Below, piece after piece: positions 54,043 to 64,000 of a DNA stretch of 64,000 nt. The position numbers and the translations under genes were made by a program. The notes beneath the pieces are model-generated. The model worked only from the letters and a program-made list of their open reading frames with translations, did not search any database and was not told where the DNA came from. The stretch is from Haliotis cracherodii (Eukaryota), in assembly GCF_022045235.1 (NCBI RefSeq), contig NW_027266308.1, forward strand, positions 69,006,001 through 69,070,000, read 5' to 3'. Each line of letters opens with the position of its first letter. Within the stretch, counting starts at the first letter, position 1.

Positions 54043-54310
54043 ACCCGTTAAGATTACGGGGTAGAATAGGTCTTCAGCAACCCGTGCTTGCCGTAAAAGG
54101 AGACTATGCTTGTCGTAAAAGGCGACTAACGGGATCGGGTGGTCAGACTCGCTGACTTGGTTGATACATGTCGTCGATGCCAATTGCGTGGACCGATGCT
54201 CATGATATCAATCACTGGATTGTCTGGTCCGGACTCGATTATTTACAGACCGCCGTCATATAGCTGGAATATTGCTGAGTGCGGCGTTAAACAACAAACC
54301 AACCAACCAA
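54043..54310 (+). mobile_element. ~270-bp short retroposon without tRNA head (about 14 copies in the window)
   Basis: Starts ACCCGTKAAGAT, contains GCTTGTCGTAAGAGGCGACTAAC, ends GGAATATTGCTGAGTGCGGCGTTAAACAACAAAC(CAAC/AAAC)n. Copies at ~2963, 9227, 17655, 18942, 24870, 32335, 34988, 37611, 41665, 43857, 48087, 56503 and 59576. Confidence 0.8.
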
Positions 54311-55561
54311 TCATCGTACTGTAAACAGGAGATGCACAACATATACGCGTGTAGCATCTAATATCAGACATACACAATGCACTGACAGCTGCCACTGGGT
54401 CAATTACATATAGTGTCCTATGGTAGAAAGACAGTATTCAATTGATTTATGTTTGACCTCATAAAGGTACCAGCTGTTTCCTGTTTGGACCTTCCTATCC
54501 ATATTTCTTTAATAACAAAAAAACGCATTGGTGATGCATTGGTATACTAAATTGAAACACTTTAGCTTTGTTTCTTTGTTTGTTGTTTAACGCTTCTTAC
54601 AACAAGCATACCACCCCCAGGGGAGCATATTCATTGGGATTCGCAGTCTTGTCCTAGACGCGCCATGTGTGAAACACATTTTGTCAGTGTGCTGAAAGGG
54701 TAATCATGCTGGGATGGTTAACAGAACAAAATATGAATAAGTAGACAAAGAGTATATGGAGTGATTTCAATCGTTATAAACTGTCGGACAAAAGAAAGTA
54801 TACACTTGAAAATTGGATCTGGCCCCCAAATTACAAATTTAACAAAATGTTTCTAGGCTGAAAACAGACGCCGGAACACTGCAATATTTAAGGTCCAAAT
54901 GCGCCCCTCGTGGTTTATTCTCCCTGCAGTGTTTTATTGCATGATAAACAACGTCCACGAGTCGTTTATTCCTTAAACATACACATTAAGAAATGTATAC
55001 AATGTTTCGTCTAAAAAAGCATGTGATTATTGGATTGATCCTATGGTAACTGTAGTTGTAGACTCATTCCTGTTTAGTGTGATCTGCCATAAAGTTCCGA
55101 TATTTACATTATCAATACAGTAGACTGTGTAATCCAACATCTGTCTAATCAGACAAAAGGTTTTGGTCCTACACCCTACGCCCAGCTATCATGTCAGAGT
55201 TCCTCCAGAACTGAACTGTTTGTTCATCATGTGCTCATTAATGAATGTATGATACAGTGTATTTGATGAATAAAGTCCGGATAGATTTATAAAATGTTGT
55301 GTTTTTTCTGCATAGTTTGTGTGCAGTGTACATAGTATTATTTAATGAACCGAGGGTGCATTCACCGATGAAACTGTCTAATCAGATATTTCCCCGTCCG
55401 AGAGTGTTGGGAGTCTGCTGCAGAAGTAACAATCTCATTAAAATCAGATCTTAGTTCTCCCTGCCGCTAGACAACGATCTTTGTTTAGCGATAGCGAGAA
55501 GTAAGATCTGATTTTAATGAGATTGCAGAAGTAAGGCAAGGTCACAGCATGGTTTGAGGAA

Positions 55562-55873
55562 TTGATCTAGGGGTAGAGCGTCCGCCCGGAGAGCGGAAGG
55601 TCCGGGGTTCGATCCCCGGCCGTGTCATACTAAAAGACGTCAAAAGATGGTTCTTCTCGTTACCCTGCCTGGCGATCGGCATTAAGGAGCTAAAACACAG
55701 ACTAGTTGGCTCAGAGTCAGTATTCTGTGTCTGAGTGGGGTATCCATGTCAAACTGCACATCTCAGTGGGCGGGAACTATAAAATCGACATTAGTCCAGA
55801 CGGCTGCATGCCGGTTGTTGTTATAAGTGCAATAATCTTGAACGCAACCTTCAACCCCATTTCTCCTCGCCTC
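55562..55873 (+). mobile_element. tRNA-derived SINE with Meta/MESC-like central domain; copies at ~1135-1410 (-), 8057-8360, 11925-12120, 48335-48522 (-)
   Basis: tRNA head with GGTTCGATCCC followed by GTCATACYAAAAGACGTYAAAAGATGGT...CCCTGCCTGGCG...GCATTAAGG...TTGGCTCRGAGTCAGTAT, resembling the mollusc Meta/MESC SINE body as recalled. Confidence 0.7.
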
Positions 55874-57211
55874 ACTAATAGGATCCAGTGTGATAGGTTA
55901 GGATTATCAAGGAAATATTATTTTCATTCACTATTTTGAAACAATATCCATGATATCTAGTATCTTAGGTGGTACAGTGTATGTCGTATCCATTTCCTTA
56001 TTCTGGATCGAAATATTTCCTGGTATCAGGTATCAATTTCAATCCTGCGTGTCAGTCATATTTTCTTGCCAAACAAAAGAAATCTAATTCAAATTTCCTG
56101 CGTTATGTGAAGCATACAATGTCAGTCATAAAATAAATGCTTGACAACTGACATTGTATTAAATAGCCAAGTTCATTGTGTTGCTGAGTTAGTTGCCATT
56201 CTTGGTGGTGGGGAAAATAAAAGTGTTCCTCTTTTCTTTCAAACATAAAATATAATTCAACCCCACCACCCTCATCACTTGAGATAAGTGTGACCAAGAA
56301 ACATTTAATGTTTATGACTGTTACAAATGAGTGCACAGTTGGTGATGTTAACCTCCCTTTCCCTGTATGAAAATACTGATGATCCCGTGAAGACGTGGGT
56401 TAGAATGTAGCTGGAATACAAGCAAGTGTGAAGTCCACACAAGACAATGGTACTTCATGTTACATCCTGCATGGGGAGATTATTAAGCTATTTCTCAAGT
56501 GTTGTTTGTTTGTTTGTTGTTTAATGCCACACTCAGCAATATTCCAGCTAAATGACAGCGGTCTGTAAATAATCGGTGGTCTGTAAATAATCGAGTCGAC
56601 AATCCAGTGATTGACAACATGTGCATCGATTCACTCAATTAGGATAAAAAACATGCATCAACCACATCAGTGAGTCTGACCACCCAATCCTGTTAGTCGC
56701 CTCTTACGACAAGCACAGTCACCTTTTATGGCAAACAGGTGTAAAACATTAAAACATGACAGAAACATATACACATATGCACCAGTTGAAAGTAGAACTG
56801 CAAAGCGCAATGTGAAAAGTAGCAATGTACAGGTCAGGATTCATTCAAACGGAAAATACAATAGAAATCTTCCTCCCTAAAACATTACCAGGATAACAGC
56901 CTCTAGTCATGTGAATGGACTTTAGTAATGGTATTACAGCACATACAGACAGTGGTATGATCTTTTAGTACTTAATGATATTACTGCCATGTGTACATAC
57001 AAGCTACATGTGCCATGGTACAGAAATATTGAAAATTCAAGCACAAAACTGGTCCACTAGACCACCAAACAATTCATGATATTCATTTTGAGATATGAAG
57101 CACAGTAGACACAAGGTCATTTCAGAGTGATGATAATTGCATAATTAGTTATGTTTTGGATTATGTGATTAAACCCCGTCCACATTTTGTTACAATCCTC
57201 TTGAAATGACC

Positions 57212-58982
57212 TTAATGTGTTACCATGGTTACAAGTGGTGGCTGGAGGTTACTCAGTGCAGCACATACATAGAAAATCTTGGAAACTTGTTCACTTCTTG
57301 TGAGGGGAATGACACCTTGTAAGATCCGAAAATGTTTAATTCGCTCTATTGCCTTTTCAACATGAATACGCAAGTTTGCAATTTTTCTCATACTCTCAAC
57401 CTCTCTTTCAGTTAATTTACAGTTCTTTTCCTTCTTTGGTGGAATTATCAAATGGACATTCTTTGAACACAGTAGATCTGCAATCTGAAATCCTTCATCA
57501 GCAATTACTCCATCGCCACTGTCCAATCCATTAAGAAATCCACTCTCTTCAGTAATCTGTTTGTCAGAAATACTTCCTGCCCAAAGGTCACTGACATATG
57601 TGACGACTCCCGATGGACTAGTTCCCACTAAAACCTTCCATGTCACGAGCCGTCTGTAATCCGAGTATATCGGAGTTCTGTTTCCCAGTGAGTCCGGAGT
57701 TTCAGTATACACCTCAGTACAAGCTATGACAACTCGCGTGGTTGGGTACGTTGACTGACAGGACTCTGGCATGTTAAGTCTCACAGTTTCTTGTGATGGC
57801 CAGTATATTTGGAAACTAAGGCCAAAATACATTTTGTCAATCCAAGAATTGAAAATTGAACTGACAGCTGAAGCAGATACCCGAAACCGCTTTGCCAAGT
57901 CCAACACCAAAAGGCCAAGACGTAGTCTCATGAGCACCATAAAAAATTGATCCTTTAGAGTAAGTTCATGGGGCTTTAATTCATGTTTGTTTGTATCAGA
58001 ATCTTCAGTAAGTTCATCAAACAGCACAGTGAAGCTGTTCTTGTCTGGCAGACCAGTATAAAACAGCATCTCTGCATCCGTAAGGTCATCCACAGTGAGC
58101 CAAGGCCTGTGACTGTTGCTGTTGTCGGTTAAATGCGAATTGTCGGTCATGCTTACAGGAAAGTTTGTCTGTGTGCATGCATCTTGTGCACATGGTGTAA
58201 CGGTTACTTCCTGATGTCGGAAGTCTGCAACTGTTCTGATGTCCTCTGTGTCCAGCCTGTCCACGTAGTCATGCATCAGTACCGATACGTCAAGGCTGGA
58301 TAGGGAGGAATGGGACTTCAGTCGGGGAGGGCACCTGCGTCGGGGGGCCTCGCTTTCACTATCAGTTGCTGAATTCTCCCGTTCTTCATGTGCAGCGTCA
58401 GGTGTGACAACATACAGGTCCTGTAACTGAAAACAACAATCAGGACAATGGTGCTTTATTTTATTTCAATGACAACATCAACACTGATTGATTTCGATTG
58501 TGAATATTCTTCCACATCATGAAAGAAATTGCCAATGTCAGTATAACTTTGATCATAATCATAACATAGTTGGAACTAGTTGTAAATGATAAATCAGTAT
58601 TTTTTATAGAATTTATGAAATTATTTCAAATAATTTAGCCCTAGATAAGATAACGTTCGGACTACGAATAGCATTTATCAATCGTGTCAGCTGATGTAGT
58701 ATTTACCTTGGTACTTTTGAAGACTTTGTGGTGGAATATGGACGGCAGATTCACCTCGGAGGTAGGTCCTCGTCTTCCCTCGAAGTGTTCCGAGCACAAC
58801 CGGGTCCAGGATCTCACTGTGAAGTTTTTCCTACCGAGTCTACATGACCATATACTCTTTAACTTACGATTCCTTGAAGAGTTTCCGGAAGGAAAACGAT
58901 GTAAGCTTACGGTCCTGCCATGCACTACCTTGCCGCTATAGTTGGAGCAGCCCACAACACAACAGTACGTCCTTCCAGACAT
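57212..58982 (-). CDS. THAP zinc finger + HTH + DDE_Tnp_4 (Harbinger/ISL2EU-type) transposase-derived protein, ~496 aa, 2 exons
   Basis: Exon 58982-58707 encodes a THAP domain (CCVVGCSN..LHRFP..W..RLCSEHF..LPSIF) and ends AAG|GTAAAT. The acceptor at 58426 (or 58420) is in frame with ORF 57212..58276, which carries an HTH (DQFFMVLMRLRLGL..DLAKRFRVS) and a DDE core (VIACTE, ADEGF, RIHVEKAIERIK). Confidence 0.88.
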
Positions 58983-59029
58983 TGTGTCTTCTTTCACTCA
59001 TCAAGTTCTAAACGTAAAACCGCCAAGCG

Positions 59030-59041
59030 CTCCGGAAGTGG
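59030..59041. promoter_or_regulatory. ETS/GABP-type site upstream of the THAP-transposase gene
   Basis: CCGGAAGTG ~50 bp upstream of the ATG at 58982 in a CpG-containing stretch. Motif match only. Confidence 0.35.
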
Positions 59042-61102
59042 CTTAGGCTGTGACGATAAGAGTGAACTGCCACTAAACTGCCTGTCTGCACAAAGTCTTG
59101 TGTAGCGTGCGCAACAGAGACAGGGGACCAGTCCAGGGCGGAGAACGGTGCGTTTGTGTTTTCCATTGACAGAAGAGTTCTGTCTTATCGCGACATTCTG
59201 GAAGAATATATAGATCATAAAGTGATTTGCATGAAAAAAATTACATAGGAACCTTTTCAATTGCAGTGAATCCTGATATATTTACAGCCCCGAAATATGC
59301 ATTTCTTCAAAATTAGAATGAAGTCGTTATTGAAGAACAGAACATCGATTTTTTTTCTGTATTTTAAAAAGTAATTTACAATGAGAAGCAATCATATATA
59401 GGTGCCCTTTATCTTATAATCTGTCAGTCCAAGTCGTTTGTTTGGGTTCTTATCATGAAAATTTGCAACAAACACACACAGGTGGCCGAACTTGGGATGG
59501 CTAGTTTCCTTCTGTCGTCTTTCCCACTTGTGTTTATACCTGATACAAACATGCAAGGCGGTAGATAACTGGACGTTGGTTTGTTGTTTAACGCCGCACT
59601 CAGCAATATTCCAACTATATGACGGCGGTCTGTAAATAATCGAATCAGGACCAGACAATCCAGTGATCTACATCATGAGCATCGATCTACACAATTGGCA
59701 GAGATGACATGCATCAACCAAGTCAGCGAGTCTGACCACCCGATCCCGTTAGTCGCCTTTTATGACAAGCATAGTCGCCTTTCACGGCAAGCACGGGTTG
59801 GTGAAGACCTATTCTACCCCGGATCTTCACGGGTTGATCCAATTGGAAAGATTACTATTTCTAAAACTGTTTGTATTACCAGAATCTAGGCTGTAAATAG
59901 TAGGGATGATATATACAGAATTCTGGTTTTATATATATAATTAATTCCCTCACATAGTAATATCTTTGGTGAAGAGTAGAATACTCATATATTTTCTAAG
60001 TCAACTCCCCGGCATGTAGTTATATAAATAGCTCATGCTTCACTGTCTATAGGTTTGAAACATCACAAACGGATGTTCACCAGAAATCACCATCGATAGC
60101 CGCCAATATTGCCTCACTCGTTACATAACGCAGTATATTGTCACGTGTTTCAGGTAATGAAGGCGGACGTGCAGGCTACAATATGTTTCAAACTGTTTAA
60201 AATATTCGATCTAAAATCAAATGATTCCAGTGAAATTAAATTAAATTTTAATGAATTTAGAACAAGGATTTTCATCAACAACAAATGTACTATCGATTTT
60301 ACACACTTTGCACAACGTTGCTAGCCGGATCAGAATATATAGCAAACTAAGGCCACACCAGACTGATTACTTGATCGGCGGTTTCGTTTCCCATAACAAA
60401 AATACATCAAACATGCTGCATGGAACATTGCCTCACATATCGCTGATATGGTTTTAAAAAATCAGATGTCGAATTATACCTATTAACGTATAATATCTAC
60501 ATATAGCTATAGTCATGGCTAGTGCATTGATAGAAAGTGTATCTTGATCAGTAATGATTCAACTGACACTTGTACCGTTTACATTTCATACCTATTTATT
60601 GAAGGATTTGTAGTTTAAAAGAAAGATTAAAAAGTTTCCAGCTCATTACTTTTGACCAAACCTCCGACAAACAACTAATTAGTTTAGTGTGGCCTCAGCA
60701 AATCATGGCGCGGGACTATGTGCGCGGTTGACAAGGTGTGGCGACAGATGTCGTCTCGCCAGATGCCGGCATATTGTAATGCGGTTATCGTGTGGGACAT
60801 GCGTAGACAAGACGGTGGCTGGCCCAGAAGGTTGGGCAGTAATACTAACAGTTCAGTATGTTCATGTAAAAAGGACTTGTTTTTTCGTTCGGTTAAGTCA
60901 CAAGATTGCTCCAAAATGATATCTTTGTTTGTTAATCCGATTTACCGCATTTTCTGTGCAAGTAGTCTAAAGCACAGGCCCCTGAGGTCAAAAGGGGGGA
61001 TTTGGTATTAGTGATCTCCGTGACCTTGATGAATAGTCAGTCAACCAAACGTTATTTAACAAAATAAGGATAATAGTAAATCTCCCCCCCCCCTCCCCTT
61101 TA

Positions 61103-61103
61103 T

Positions 61104-61163
<60 letters not shown>
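61103..61163. repeat. (CA)n(TA)n compound microsatellite
   Basis: Directly visible. Another (CA)n lies at 12139-12173. Confidence 0.95.
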
Positions 61164-61167
<4 letters not shown>

Positions 61168-62143
61168 AAGCGACGTTATCTTTGATGCCCACGCAGTTTT
61201 TCTCAAGTTATGTAACAGCTCCGACCTAGGTCCCGAATCCCCCGCACTGTCCGCGGTTGCCAAGGATGCGACAACACCCGTGCATATAATGTCAGGGAGT
61301 TTCGTGTCCTGATCCGTGTCCGGTTCGAGGAAAGTCAAACATACATACAGGATATACACAGCTAGTACATGTACATTTGTTTTTGCCTTCTCGTGATCGG
61401 ATGTTATTCATCAGGACTTTGAGCTGTTCTTTATGTGCCGACATTTTACATCGTACGACCACGTGTATTAGCTGTGAAAGAAACTACCCCTTCATAAACA
61501 CACTCACTAACAGCTGAAGTAGACCTACTTATTGTAACAGCCCAAATTGTCCACGAGTATATTCCATATCAATGGCCTATAGTTTATGTAATTTACGGTA
61601 ATACACACGAATGTAAAGCTTCACATTGTTTCTAACATTTTAATATAATCTTTTCCCATCAACGGAACGATTTTAATATCAATGCATTAGAACGTGCAAA
61701 TGTTGCATCATAAGTCCGTGGCAAATCCGGTATCTACCAGTCAGGTTGCCGGTGAAGGACACAAAACAGTCCTCGCAAAGTACATGTACCTATTTCAAAG
61801 AGGGGTGAAGGTAATACCCAGTTCGTAAATATTTACCTTATTATGCATATCATAACATTTAATAGTGTAATTAGTTATACAACACATTCCAAAATATAAC
61901 AATAACAGCAACCACACAAAAAAGAGAAGGTTTGTCATCGTTATAACATCGTAATAATTGGTTTGAAACCTATACCCCCTACGAGATAATGGCATGGTCC
62001 ATTCTAAAGACCCGGATATTCACCCTTGTAACAAGTGTTACATTTCGTCAGACACAGTCTAGAGACGCGTGGAGCGGAAACTGCTGTTATCAGAACGCTT
62101 CAGAGAACTACAGTTTTGTATTTGATAGATAGATACTGCCAAA

Positions 62144-62564
62144 ATGTCGGACGAGAATACAAATCACGATGAAAAGGTACCGATTAAAGAAGCTGATGCT
62201 GTAAATGCCGAGATCGACCTTGATGACTCGAAAGCCAAATTTCTGAATGGCGGTAAAGGCATGGACGAGTCCCATGTCGAAATTGAAGTTCCCTCTGAAT
62301 CCAACGAATCGTTCTCTGGCCTAGGAAAAGATGAATTGATGCAGTATGTGAACGATCCATTTTGGAAACGACTCCGAATCATCTTGTTCGTACTCTTTTG
62401 GGTCGGCTGGGTAGCGATGTTGGCGGCAGCCATTGTCATCATCGTCCTGGCTCCTCGCTGCCCTTACCGCCCCGATCTGAAATGGTACAACAAGGAGGCC
62501 GTCTACAACGCATATCCGAAGAGCTTCAAGGACTCTGATGGAAACGGAAAGGGAGATCTCAGTG
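62144..62564 (+). CDS. SLC3A family amino acid transporter heavy chain (4F2hc/rBAT-like), first coding exon; gene continues beyond the window
   Basis: FSGLGKDELMQYVNDPFWKRLRIILFVLFWVGWVAMLAAAIVIIVLAPRC is the SLC3A N-terminal/TM signature with the bridging Cys. It is followed by the alpha-amylase-like start YPKSFKDSDGNGKGDL. Donor G|GTAGGT at 62564/62565. Confidence 0.9.
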
Positions 62565-63701
62565 GTAGGTTTTGAAATCCCCTTTTATCTATAGATCAGA
62601 GCTTCATCGAATTACTTTCATCGAAATGTAATTTTGGGTGCTTTCTGGGCCTTGTGATAACCGGTTGATAACCATAATTTGCTATGACCATAGAGTGTTG
62701 CCCTGTTATAGACATAGACAGCTAGACTACTAGATCTATGTAAATTCTTAGCGGATATACATTACATTCATGCAGGATACCCCAATTTGCAGGGTTAGAA
62801 ATAGGCACTAGTCCTATAGTCCTTGCCAAACTGTCCAATGGTAAAGGTATCATAAGGACTAGTAGAAAATTGCCATTTTTAAGAGTTTTGCTCAATGTTA
62901 TCATTATAAGGACTAGTGGACGAAAACTGAAGATTCTAACGCTGATTTGAGCTTTTACTCAGTAAGTTGTATAAGGGTATTGCGATTCTCTACATCCTTT
63001 GGCCTTACAGGTGCTAGGATACAATAATTTCATTGATAACGGTCCTTTGCAGTGGGTTTTCAGCACTATGTATACACTTTACCATGCTCTGTAGCGATGG
63101 AAACTGTTATAGTCCACTAGTCCTAACATATACATGATATACTATAGCAAAACCCTTTAACCCTCAATAATAGCAAAATGTGACTGGCCCTTAAGTTATG
63201 ATACCTAGCTAGTGGGCAATTTGGCAAGGACTATAGAACTAGGCTAATTTCTGATGTTGCTCTGGTTTACTTAAACTATGTTCGAAACTTAGTACTTAGT
63301 AGGGTCCTTGAGGGTTGCTCCCATGGTGTTGGAATCTAGGACTCTAGTCTGTCTCAAAGTCCCTGAACCATATTTTTTCCCTTCCACCTGTCCTATCTGT
63401 AACCTAAAGCTCTTAATGAACGTGATGAAGCAACTCATTTTCCTCAGGTTCTGAATCTCCCATCTCAACATGCTGAATGGGGCTCCTTTCGATTTTAGTG
63501 GAGTTATATATTTCTATCAAAATTTTATGTTTTCAGAGACTAAGCATTAGTCAACTTGGACCCATAAATCTCAAATATTCAAACATTTGGCTTATGACAA
63601 GGACCCATTGACATACAGCCTTAATTTCAAACACCGTTAAGTGAAAATAAATCTGTAACATGCTTCACTTCAGACATTTATTAATACGACTAAGGGGACA
63701 T

Positions 63702-64000
63702 CAGTGTTCCCGTTTACCGGCAATTACCAGTTTTTTGCACGGTAAAATTAGGCTTAGACCGGTAATTCATGTTACTGCCAGTCCCTGTGGACAGGCAAAT
63801 AAAGTACCTTATAAATCTTTGTTGCTGAACATTGCTGAACAAAACATTGTCGATATTCATATTAGTATATTTTTCGAACAAAGTCAGCTTGTCAGTTGCC
63901 ATCTGGGTTTCCCCTTGTCTATTTTTAGTGCTATTAAATAAGATTTCGCTTTGCTTCAAGGTTAAATATATATTTGCAGCGATTTATTCTCGAAATATTC
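63702..64000. mobile_element. Non-autonomous DNA transposon, same family as 48784-49240, cut by the window end
   Basis: Starts CAGTGTTCCCGTTTACCGG and aligns in reverse with 49000-49238. Confidence 0.65.

Overview
Intron-rich, repeat-rich animal genomic DNA. The SINE repertoire suggests a gastropod mollusc such as abalone (inference). There is an assembly gap at 21765-21902. Manual exon assembly from splice sites and reading-frame phases gives seven genes. These are MBIP (+, 513-5185), a divergent meiotic TOP6BL/TOPOVIBL gene largely invisible in the ORF track (-, ~20400-6728), an ankyrin-repeat/SOCS-box gene (+, 22382-26914), an orphan basic protein (+, ~37913-38690), ALKBH1 (+, 45258-51030), an intact two-exon THAP + Harbinger/ISL2EU-type transposase gene with a mutated catalytic Asp (-, 58982-57212), and the first coding exon of an SLC3A heavy chain (+, 62144-62564). 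The rest is four short retroposon families, several MITEs, Penelope-like and Tc1 relics, and many minisatellites, some apparently seeded by SINE pieces. Best leads: (1) TOPOVIBL with a REC114-binding-like tail and a U12-type intron; (2) a probably domesticated, catalytically dead THAP-transposase; (3) a GAGTTRYNTCCCTT motif at gene starts that is also carried by a SINE; (4) a headless, highly structured short retroposon. Homology calls rest on my recall of reference protein sequences; no database searches were run.
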